A stretch of DNA of 62,955 bases, filler included, from Octopus bimaculoides (Eukaryota), in assembly GCF_001194135.2 (NCBI RefSeq). It is 4 parts of 4 records of this genome, joined end to end, with 100 filler letters (N's around TTAATTAATTAA, not from the genome) between each part and the next. Parts side by side here need not be neighbours in the genome. Positions count along the whole stretch, not along the records: positions 1 to 20,414 come from NC_068994.1; positions 20,515 to 49,073 come from NC_068993.1; 2 more parts are not named here. One strand, given 5' to 3'. Below are positions 11,862-21,734 of this stretch, piece by piece; the first letter of the stretch is position 1, and every line of letters begins with the position of its first letter. Position numbers and translations under genes: made by a program. The notes under the pieces were generated by a model. That model saw only the letters and a program-made list of their open reading frames with translations, ran no database searches and was not told the DNA's origin.

Positions 11862-12408
11862 ACTGTAGTAATATATGTATATGTGTATATGTATGGATCT
11901 CATGAATTTTTTTTCTTTTCTCACATTTCTTTTTAAATAGAAAAGATTATAGGGGAGGGGAGGAGTTATCTTAGTTTGCCATGAAGAGAGGAAGTATTTA
12001 AGATTTCAAGAACAGTTCATTTCTGAAGAAAAAAGTCAGTTGGTTTTTACTAATCCAATGACCACTAGTCTTATGATTATAAATGGAAGGGTTAAACCAT
12101 ATTGGGAATGGACATTCTATTTTGAACAGATGTTGGTGCAAAGTTGACAAGAGAACCCTGAGAAAAATTTCAGATGTTGTTTCACTATATGTAAGGTTTA
12201 ATAAGTAATTATTATAATAATTGTAGTATTATTATAATAAGCAATTATTATAATAATCATTAATAAGTAAAAAAATTACTTATTAATTCAATAAGTAAAA
12301 ACATCAAAAAGTATTTTAAACAGGATTTCTTTTTCAGAATGAAATATATTAAAGATTTGTTACATATATCAAATTAAATTTTGATTCAACATAAATATTT
12401 GATTACTT

Positions 12409-12467
<59 letters not shown>

Positions 12468-12527
12468 NNNNNNNNNNNNNNNNNNNNNNNNNNNNNNNNN
12501 NNNNNNNNNNNNNNNNNNNNNNNNNNN

Positions 12528-12579
<52 letters not shown>

Positions 12580-12928
12580 CCTTGAAAGAAGAGTTAATTT
12601 GGGGATTGAACAGTGCCTTCACTTAAACAACAACATCTTGAACTTACAATATTGTATATATTTGACCGTTGTAGTGCTTCATTGGAATAGTTTCATATCA
12701 TGACCTTTACATGAGGGAACTAGAAACTGTGGTCTTTAAAAAGACACAGTTAGGTGGAATAAGCCATTGAGAGTTGCATGTCTTGACTATGCATACAATG
12801 CAACACTGTTCAGTGTTCATTCAACAATAAATCTACTAACAACTGGGACGAATAATTCAGAGAATAGGACAAATCAGGAACAAGGAATTAACCTTACTAA
12901 TTAGTCTTTTATATTTTGGCAATTTCAG

Positions 12929-13002
12929 GAACTTGGAGAACAGAAAATTTCTAGCATGGTTGAAAGCAAAAACTTCAAAAAGCAAATATTTCATAAAGAA
13001 TG
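12929..13002 (+). CDS. CFAP43: CFAP43 coding exon
   Basis: atttcag|GAA ... TG|gtaagt. Translates ELGEQKISSMVESKNFKKQIFHKE(W), matching G..K...M.ESK.F...I...EW. Confidence 0.92.
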
Positions 13003-13093
13003 GTAAGTGATACTATAATAGACTTTATATTAAAAGAAGGATTTCAGAATACATGTTGGTAGTATAAGAATGATGACTGGAATGGTAAATGTT

Positions 13094-13317
13094 ATTTCTT
13101 TACTACCCACAAGGGGCTACACACAGAGGGGACAAACAAGGACAGACAAACGGATTAAGTCGATTACATCGACCCCAGTGCGTAACTGGTACTTATTTAA
13201 TCGACCCCGAAAGGATGAAAAGTCGACCTTGGCGGAATTTGAACTCAGAACGTAGCGGCAGACGAAATACCGCTAAGCATTTCACCCGGCGTGCTAACGT
13301 TTTTGCCAGCTCGCCAC
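13094..13317 (-). mobile_element. SINE family B with 17-bp TSD
   Basis: TSD CTGGAATGGTAAATGTT at 13077-13093 and 13318-13334. Confidence 0.9.
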
Positions 13318-13371
13318 CTGGAATGGTAAATGTTTTGGACACTTTCATGGTATGTTCGAGTCAGGTGTGTC

Positions 13372-13655
13372 TGTGGTATGACGTCAGCGACTGGGGAGCT
13401 GACCAGAATGGCAAGCTGACTGGAAGCGGAAGAAGGGCAGAGGGAGCCTCGATCAGGATTTCGTGCCCTTTTCGAACGGGGTTGTTGTCAGGAGAGGACG
13501 TGCCAAGTGATCGTCTAGGTGTTGGGAGAAGCAGCTGCTATTTCTAGTGTTCTTCGGGTCGGGCGAGCCGCAAGGATTGGATACCGCAGGACAGACTCGT
13601 GCAAAGGAAGGAAAACAGAGGTAAGCCGATTACTTCTACTCGCACACATACACCA
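13372..13655 (+). mobile_element. Solo LTR (copy 1)
   Basis: Termini TGTGGT...ACCACA with 5-bp TSD GTGTC; homologous to 24281-24569. Confidence 0.85.
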
Positions 13656-14696
13656 CAGTGTCATGTAACAAGGATTCTAACTTTGGCCAATTTCTAAAAA
13701 AATTTTAAAGCAGGATAATGGATTTCTATTAGTTCTGACAATGAGTGCCCAGTTGTTTGATCAACTGGGTCTCATGCTCATTGAATTAGTGTGTAAGTGA
13801 CTGAACATGTCCTTCTGTAATATGTAATTTAAAGGTGATATCAATTTGACATTTAATTGACAAGTACAATCTATCTGAAGGGCTTCTACAGTTTTTCTTC
13901 TGTCCAATTTCACTCAATAGGTTTGGGTTCACTTGAACTTATGGTAAATGACATTTGCCCAAGATACTATACAGTGAGATCAAACCTGGGCTCTCATGAT
14001 TGTGAAGCAAACTTCTTAGTCATTTAGCTATACTGTGTTAGGAAGACCTAAGTACATAAAGACTACTGTATTTACTTCATTGATTCCAGAAGAACGAAAA
14101 GCCTCTGCACCCAGAGTGAAATTAAACAAATTACAATAAGACACTTTGCAATTTTTGTCTTTTGACAAGCTTACATTGCTACAATAATGATTTCTTTCAA
14201 CATAACACAAGTTCTTGTGTTGAAGAATGAAATAAAAGTTGATCCTAATCTGACTTGAAATGAAAATGTAGAGGGGTGGAACTCTAAAATTTTGACTAGA
14301 GAGTAAGATTTTGCATCATTTTTTACCACCTTATCTTATTTGAACTCAGAATGTAAACAGCTGAAAGAAATATCACAGAGCATTTTGTTTGATGTGCTAA
14401 CAGTTCTGCCAATAACTATGATAATAAAATTTGCCAAAAAGCTAGATTTATTTAAAGAATGAGTATGGAAATGTACTGTAACCACTTATGAACCTTGAGT
14501 TTCTAGTAAAAGATTTACTGATTTTGCATCTTATTTGTGGTTGGAAATTACTTGTATAATGAGTACAAAAAGAAAAAAATTAATTGTTCAACTAGGAACT
14601 GAATCCTTGTTGCAAATTTCATGAGACAGGAATTTACTGAAACTTGATGGTTCTAGTGTTTGATGCTTAGAGTTGTTAATCATTTTTTTTTTTCAG

Positions 14697-14787
14697 GGAA
14701 CACAGAAAAATGATGATGATGATGGAAGATCTAAAACAAAAGATGAATATAGTAAAATTTATGAAAGTGACCCGTGAAGTACAAAAG
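14697..14787 (+). CDS. CFAP43: CFAP43 coding exon
   Basis: T-rich tract tttttttcag|G ... AAG|gtaagt. Translates (W)EHRKMMMMMEDLKQKMNIVKFMKVTREVQK and completes the Trp codon begun by the previous exon. Confidence 0.92.
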
Positions 14788-14829
14788 GTAAGTTGTGGCA
14801 AGAAAGATATGAAACCAATATAACCGACT

Positions 14830-16070
14830 TTATTTTCTCTTGTTATTTCTTCTATTCTTCAATATATTCAAATCCAGACCTGTAGCAGTTACCATCAATT
14901 ACCAAAAACTATGTATACATGGACTGATAAGGTTATAGATGGTCTCATTTATATGGTGAATGTGCTCACAAGCCACTCTCCAATTCTGGAAGGTTGATTA
15001 GACAACAATTGAGGCTGGAGGTAAAGTTTAGTCTGTGGCTTTTAATCATCATAAAGGCCTCCTTTTCTGTTAAGGCCTCCACCCTGTCCTCAATGCCTTG
15101 TCTAAAAGCTATTTCTTTGGCTTTGTGGTTAACGCTATTAAGGGCTTGATTAACTGCCTTCCTGTATGTTTGCGTGATGCTATTGTTGTGTGGCTATACA
15201 TAAGTTTTGTAGTGATGCAAATTCATCATTATCTGTCCTATTTAATTATTTGTCATGTCTGAAAAAAATGAAGTTCTATCAGAAATCTTAAGCCTATGGA
15301 TGCCTACCTGAAGTTTACTTTGAAAAAGGTTAGAAGACTTATGAAATTTCAGCAGTAGTATGATGTCCTGTTTCAAAGGCTTCCAGCTCCTTGATCCTGG
15401 GTGGGAATTTCTTGGACTGAAGACCAAAGTGCTTGGACTCCACAGGCAGTTTTGCTTGGTTAAAGAAAAAAGTTTTCTACCTCAAATGCCTGATCAGATT
15501 GAGTGTCTACTTCAGCAGCATTTTCATGTAAAGCTTGTAGTATGGAGTTGGGATATTCTTTGTTGAGTATCCTAGGCCAGGGGTTTTCAAACTGTGGTCT
15601 GCGGACCACTGGGGGTTCGCAAGGACAAGACAGGGGGTCCGTGGACAGCAAATACTTTTTATGGGCAATTTGATTTTATATGTTTTTTAATCGAAATCTT
15701 TTAATTGACAATAAACCTATTTGTTAAATACTGTTAAATAAATAAATGTAAAAATATATGTTATTTTAAGCAAATATTTATGTATAAATTTCATAAGCAT
15801 TTATAAGGGGGTAAAGCCTGAAATATAAAGGGGTCCGCAAACCAATAAGTTTGAAAACCCCTGTCCTAGGCCATACAAATCCATAGTGGCAAAGAGGTCT
15901 ATAACACATATATGCAGTAAATATTTTACAACTATGAAAAGTGCATTGTTATGGTTAGCAGCACAAGTCATAAGTGGTCTATTGTAATATACTTTGTAAT
16001 AAGTGGGAGCATATAAATCCTCTAAAACAATCCATGAATCAGAAACACCAGGCATTTATATAGTGGTCAA
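14830..16070 (-). mobile_element. Penelope-like element, 5' half (inverted), interrupted by a hAT MITE
   Basis: After removing the MITE, the minus strand reads MDLYGLGYSTKNIPTPYYKLYMKMLLK*TLNLIRHLR*KTFFF, then TYRKAVNQALNSVNHKAKEIAFRQGIEDRVEALTEKEAFMMIKSH: PLE N-terminus and pre-RT motifs. Confidence 0.75.
15578..15863. mobile_element. hAT-type MITE
   Basis: Perfect 16-bp TIR CAGGGGTTTTCAAACT / AGTTTGAAAACCCCTG with perfect 8-bp TSD TCCTAGGC. Confidence 0.92.
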
Positions 16071-16454
16071 TGGAGTGGGTGTACCTTAGAGTTTCTTATA
16101 GCTGTGCTATATATTTGTGTTTCACATCACATTTATTATTGTTACTATTTTATGTCCTTTGTCTGGAAATCTTTTGTCACACATCCTGTGACCTCTTCAG
16201 TGACTCTCCATCCCATGTCGCCTTCTCTCTCTATCTCTCTCTGTCTCTCTCTGTCTCTCTCTGTCTCTCTCTCNNNNNNNNNNNNNNNNNNNNNNNNNNN
16301 NNNNNNNNNNNNNNNNNNNNNNNNNNNNNNNNNNNNNNNNNNNNNNNNNNNNNNNNNNNNNNNNNNNNNNNNNCAGCCACTTGGCTGAAACCCATAAATA
16401 AATAAATAAATATATATATATAATATATATATATAATATATACATATATAATAT

Positions 16455-18100
16455 ATCAGGCTCAATGAGACTCAAGATTATCATTGAGACTAATCTCACT
16501 GCAGCAGATTTCTTAGATGTTATTTTAGATCTGGGCTCTGGTACATACTGGCCCTATCACAAGCCAAACCAGAGACTGCCTTATATTAACCACAGACTCC
16601 TGCCACCCTGCTATAGTTTTCAAGAACCTCGTGAAAGGTGTAAGTAAAGGGATCCTGAATCTATCCTCTAGCCAAGATATCTTTGATGCTGCTTTCCCCT
16701 ACAACAAGGCATTGGCATTGAGTGGGTTTAAGGACCGCATCTCCTACATGCCAGGCTTGTTCCACCCTTCTCGCCCAATGTCAAAACTTGTGTGGGAAGG
16801 ATTTTCCTTAGATTTATAGACAAACATTTCAAACACACACATAAAGGCAATTATTTAACAGGCACAACTTAAGAGTCTCCTTTAGTTATGCACGTAACAT
16901 AAAAACATTTTAACAAGTACCCACAATACAAGGGAGATAGCAGGTTGTCCTTGCAGGGTATATAATAACTGTCCAGTATGAGGCTGGTGCAGACCTGAAG
17001 GAGTCATCTATGAAGCAATGGTGACACCTAGACCTGCTATCCACATTACCAGCAATGTACCATTCAACAACAATATTAGCAAATTAACCAGATTTCACGC
17101 CAGTACAATCACCACAGCCAGAGATGATTATCAGTCCATGACTAGCATCATAGATGATGAACAAACCATTGTCACATTGTCATAGATACAGATAGAGTGA
17201 CCAGCCCTGCACCATATGTTATCACCAGTACAATTGCCACACCTAGAGATGAGACCAATCCAGGACCAGTGACACAGAGGAAATATCTGGCATTCCCAGT
17301 ACCACCACCACAGATGATGACCAAGGGATGACTGACCCTACACCATATGTTACCACTGGCTGCACCTGCACTAATGCTACCAGCCACACCACTAACTATA
17401 TGTGATAACCACAATGATAACACTGGATCATTGCACCATATCGACTGTGTCAGCAATGGTGTTATCAACAGCATCCCCAGGCCCTGAGTCTAACAGTGAT
17501 AAACAGAGGTGCAACTATAGCCACATCTCAAGTTTGTAAATATATTGGATCAACCAGTACATCTTTCAAATGTCGCTTCCACAACCACCAGTCATCCTTC
17601 AGAGTCCCAGAAAGATGGTTTGTCACGTCCCTAGCCCACCATGTGTGGAACCTCAAAGATCAAGAGACCTCGTGTGGTATCAGGTGGAAAATAATAGATC
17701 ATCCAGCCCCATATATTAATGGGAGTGGCTGTTGCAAAATCTGAATCGCTGAGAGAGCCAAAATTTTCAAGGACTATACTAAACCTGGCACATTAAATAA
17801 TTGTAAAGAAGTTTTTTTATAAATGTGTCCACTTTAAGCACTACCTACTGAAAAATTGGATCTCTCCGTTTGATGGTTAGGCTTTTTCAGGTGTCTATAA
17901 GGGTTGTTTTATCCTCTGGTTCAGGGGAAACAACCCGTCCTCATTAACGTTTTTAGGTTAAGATCTAAATCTCAATTTCCGAGCGTTTCCTCATGTCTGT
18001 CATGTAAAAAATTAGAATTTTTTGTCTTTGTGTAGAGTCCGACGAGCTGTCCACAAGGCTTTGGCTTTGTGAATATAAAACCTTTGGTAACTCTATGTCC
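16455..18100 (+). mobile_element. Penelope-like element, 3' half (RT thumb, GIY-YIG, 3' end)
   Basis: LKIIIETNLTAADFLDVILDLGSGTYWPYHKPN; GVIYEAMVT; KYIGSTSTSFKCRFHNHQSSF...SLAHHVWNLKD...IRWKII. Confidence 0.85.
18033..18095 (+). ncRNA. Type I hammerhead ribozyme remnant at the Penelope 3' end
   Basis: Stem I TAGAGT/ACTCTA; core CCGACGA (U4C); stem II ccacaaggc/gctttgtg; AAAA for GAAA (G12A); stem III ACC-ttt-GGT; cleavage triplet GUA. Confidence 0.7.
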
Positions 18101-18229
18101 AAAGTTAAAATTTTTGTTGTAATAATTACTGCTCTATTCTTTAGAGTATGCTTCTTTTCTAATATGTGTTTTATAAACTATATTATGTGTGTGCGTGTTT
18201 GTGTGTATATATATAAATATTATATTCTT

Positions 18230-18420
18230 TTGTTTCAGTCATTCGACTGCGACCATGCTGGAGCACCGCCTTTAGTCGAAGAAATCAACTGCAGGACTTA
18301 TTCTTTGTAAGCCTAGTACTTATTCTATCAGTCTCTTATTCCAAACCTCTAAATTACAGGGATGTAAGTACATCAACATTGGTTGTCAAGTGATGGTGGG
18401 GGACAAACACAGATACACAA
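18230..18420 (-). mobile_element. SINE family A, 3' half
   Basis: tgtttcagtcattcgactgcgaccatgctggagcaccgcctttagtcg...ggggacaaacacag. Confidence 0.75.
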
Positions 18421-18603
18421 ATACACACACATACATACATATATATATATATAGCAAATGAAAGATGGAATATACGGGAATTTATTATTAATCATGACAA
18501 TTGTTTTGACACATCTAGCATCGATCCCTCATGGGTTACACTAGATAATAATAGAGTCAATGATATCTTTGCGAATATTTTCTCATGAATTATTTGCTCT
18601 GTA

Positions 18604-18641
<38 letters not shown>

Positions 18642-19089
18642 NNNNNNNNNNNNNNNNNNNNNNNNNNNNNNNNNNNNNNNNNNNNNNNNNNNNNNNNNNN
18701 NNNNNNNNNNNNNNNNNNNNNNNNNNNNNNNNNNNNNNNNNNNNNNNNNNNNNNNNNNNNNNNNNNNNNNNNNNNNNNNNNNNNNNNNNNNNNNNNNNNN
18801 NNNNNNNNNNNNNNNNNNNNNNNNNNNNNNNNNNNNNNNNNNNNNNNNNNNNNNNNNNNNNNNNNNNNNNNNNNNNNNNNNNNNNNNNNNNNNNNNNNNN
18901 NNNNNNNNNNNNNNNNNNNNNNNNNNNNNNNNNNNNNNNNNNNNNNNNNNNNNNNNNNNNNNNNNNNNNNNNNNNNNNNNNNNNNNNNNNNNNNNNNNNN
19001 NNNNNNNNNNNNNNNNNNNNNNNNNNNNNNNNNNNNNNNNNNNNNNNNNNNNNNNNNNNNNNNNNNNNNNNNNNNNNNNNATATATGCA

Positions 19090-19230
19090 GTTGAAATTTA
19101 CAGAAAAACAAGACGAAGACAGGTGTATAAACAACAAACAGGTGTATTAGTTTAATGCTCAGGAAGGTGAGAAAGTTTTTTTATGTTTCGAGCCTACACT
19201 CTTCAACAGAAAGGAACACGAGGAAATAAA
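19090..19230 (-). mobile_element. Short Penelope-type tail with a degenerate minimal hammerhead
   Basis: Minus strand reads cttt CTGTTGA a gagt-gtag-gctc GAAAC ata aaa: stem II and GAAAC are present, with an A6U core variant. Confidence 0.45.
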
Positions 19231-19247
19231 GAGAGAGAGAATATATG

Positions 19248-19324
<77 letters not shown>

Positions 19325-19781
19325 GTATGTGTGTGTGTGTGTTTCATTTTTAAAATTTGATTTTCTTCATCTTCAGCATACATTCCACATTTAACTGATT
19401 TATGTAATCTACAAAATTACATATGCAACATACACATGCAACATACACATATACTTGTGTTTATATGTACATTATACACTCTTTTTCCCCAAGTTAACAT
19501 TATAAACCTTGGCTGTTAACGAATAGCTAAAGAAAACAGAGTAGTTTCAGAATTCCTTGTTTAACTCTTTTGTTAGTATATTTCTGTTAAAACATATTGC
19601 CTTTGTTTCAATTAATTTTGAAAATAGCGCAAGGTTTGTAATAATAGTTAAGCTGGTATCTGAGATGTAAATTAACATGAAGTTTTGCCAGGCAGTTTTT
19701 ATCTAAATCACTTTAAAACATAGGGTTTGTGGTAGTCTTAGGTAGGTTGGTATCAAAAGGTTTAAACTTTGTTATACTTAC

Positions 19782-19973
19782 TCATTTTCAATAAGCACAG
19801 TTGATATACTCCCATATAATGTTTTTGATTTCTCACTGGATTTTTGGTAGTCTTCAGACAATCCTCCAACAGTGATGCTCATGGAAAAATCGTTGTCATT
19901 CGCTTTAAACCAGCCAGTGTTTTTTTTATAGCCCATATCCACACTATTTTGACCATCCAGGCTAATATGGAGA
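19782..19973 (-). CDS. Candidate exon of a nested antisense gene, laminin-G-like segment
   Basis: Minus-strand acceptor ctgtttgttttgaatgtttag| and donor GA|gtaagt; 192 nt, phase 2-2, open. Translates LHISLDGQNSVDMGYKKNTGWFKANDNDFSMSITVGGLSEDYQKSSEKSKTLYGSISTVLIEN, resembling the LamG C-terminal pattern L.LDG ... I.VGGL ... G.I..V.IN. Confidence 0.5.
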
Positions 19974-20035
19974 CTAAACATTCAAAACAAACAGTTATTT
20001 TAGTTACTTTCTTTAAAAAAATAAACATATATTTA

Positions 20036-20336
20036 TGTAAAGAATAAAAAGTTTAGGAAGGTATAACAATGCACTATAGAACAAAAAATGGACTATAAAC
20101 ATGTTGTAACTTGGTAAACTATAGTCCAATGATATTTCAGAATTAGAATTCCTTCTTCAAATCTTATTTGCTGGAGTCTCTGTTTATAGCAGAGACTCCA
20201 GCTAAGAAGATCTGAAGACGGAATTGTAATTCCGAAATATCATCGGACTATAGATAACCAAATTACAACAGGTATATAGTCCATTTTTTGTTGTATAGGG
20301 CATTGTTGTACCATTCTAAACTTTTTATTCTTTACA
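20036..20336. repeat. 301-bp fold-back palindrome with a hammerhead-like core in each arm
   Basis: 147-bp arms (20036-20182 / 20190-20336) without indels, loop tttatag. Right arm reads gat CTGAAGA c ggaat-tgta-attcc GAAA tatc atc. Confidence 0.85.
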
Positions 20337-20414
20337 AACAATACACAATGCTTCAAGCGAACTATAATACTCTCATATATTTAGGTATTTATGTGGAAAG
20401 TCATCATATATATA

Positions 20415-20514
20415 NNNNNNNNNNNNNNNNNNNNNNNNNNNNNNNNNNNNNNNNNNNNTTAATTAATTAANNNNNNNNNNNNNNNNNNNNNNNNNNNNNN
20501 NNNNNNNNNNNNNN
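20415..20514. other. Artificial scaffolding spacer (N44-TTAATTAATTAA-N44); others centred at 49118-49129 and 61724-61735
   Basis: Identical six-frame-stop 12-mer centred in 100-bp N blocks, three times. Confidence 0.9.
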
Positions 20515-21259
20515 CGATAAGAATTTTTGAATAAAGGAAAATGGGTAGTGGTGGGTAGGTACCGCCAGCGAGTAGATAGGGCTCTTAATTGTAGATTTTA
20601 AATATTTGAGAGACAACAATGCATAAATCGTAATTTTTTAAAAGAGCAATGAATTCTGGGTGATTAGAATATAACGTAGCATGAATTTAGGAAGCTTAGA
20701 AAATGAATAAGCATGAATAAGATATATATATATATATATATATTTCATATATGTATATATACATGTGCCCTTTTCTTGAAATTTGTGTTGTGTTGTGTTG
20801 ACAGACTTGCACTTAAAATTCCGCATTTTAAATTAAAACTTGTTAGCGACTATAATGACAATACTAACTATCTATCTTCTACACACACTCTCTCTCTCTT
20901 TCACTGTACTTCTCTTGCAACAACAACTTTTCTCTCCATCTATTCAAAGTGAAAGTTTTCTTTTTAAAGTCTGTATTGTATTGATTGTCTATTATGTTGA
21001 AAGACACAGAAACACACACCCAAACACAAACAACCGCACCAAAATAACTATATATATACATACATACATAGTCTTTTTTTAAGTATGTCACATTGTGTAG
21101 ACAAATTTGCATTTAAAATTCAGATGTTTTAAACCAAAACTTAGTTACTAACTAGCTAGCTAGCTAAACAACTTTTCTCCCCACCTTCTTTCCCTCCCTT
21201 TAATATATGTTGTGACAGACAGACAGACGGATATCTGCTTCTCTTTTATCATATAATAT

Positions 21260-21733
21260 TAGTCTAAAATTACAATTAAATACTATAAAAATTGTGGAAA
21301 CACTGCCTTTTTTAATATGGATTGAATCCATCTTGATACATCGTATCTTCATTTTCTAAATGATAATCTTCCTAATTTTGGATATTGAAATTGTTTTATC
21401 AATATCTATAATCATTAACCTTTTATTTTCCTCCTCTATCATCTCTTTATTTTCTATTAATTTTCTTATTATTTTAATTCTTGGTTTACTACACAAATGA
21501 AACCAAAAATCATTCAATTGAATATAAGAGTAATAATGTTGCATAATAAAACTGATAACTTTATTATGAGCAATTCATAATTGTACTACTCTTTATGAAC
21601 AATAAGTTTTTCCCTGCTACTTAGGCACAATTATATCATTGTCATTCATTAATTAATAATATGAATAGGGTTAGAATTAAATTTAATAAGAATTTTACAA
21701 TTAATAAATATTAAGTCTAAAAACTTTGAAATC
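21260..21733 (+). pseudogene. NUMT: mitochondrial nad3 (3' part)-trnS1-nad2 (5' part)
   Basis: In the invertebrate mitochondrial code: MIFLILDIEIVLS...FLIILILGLLHKWNQKSFNWM* (ND3, stop 21525-21527), then a tRNA-like segment, then MNNKFFPAT..GTIMSLS..MWMGLELNLMSILQLMNIKSKNFEI (ND2), with frameshifts and deletions. Confidence 0.9.
21528..21591 (+). pseudogene. trnS1: Mitochondrial tRNA-Ser(AGN) pseudogene within the NUMT
   Basis: Acceptor stem gagtaat/actactc, no D-arm, anticodon loop ctgataa (GCT mutated to GAT), positioned between nad3 and nad2. Confidence 0.7.
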
Positions 21734-21734
21734 C

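Noticed and set aside
12130-12190. Possible cassette exon (gaacag|...TAT|gtaagg)
   Set aside because: Stop codon in the CFAP43 frame, 61 nt long, and no recognisable peptide.
20459-20470. TTAATTAATTAA palindrome recurring at 20459, 49118 and 61724
   Set aside because: Always centred in a 100-bp N block and gives stops in six frames: an assembly linker, not biology.
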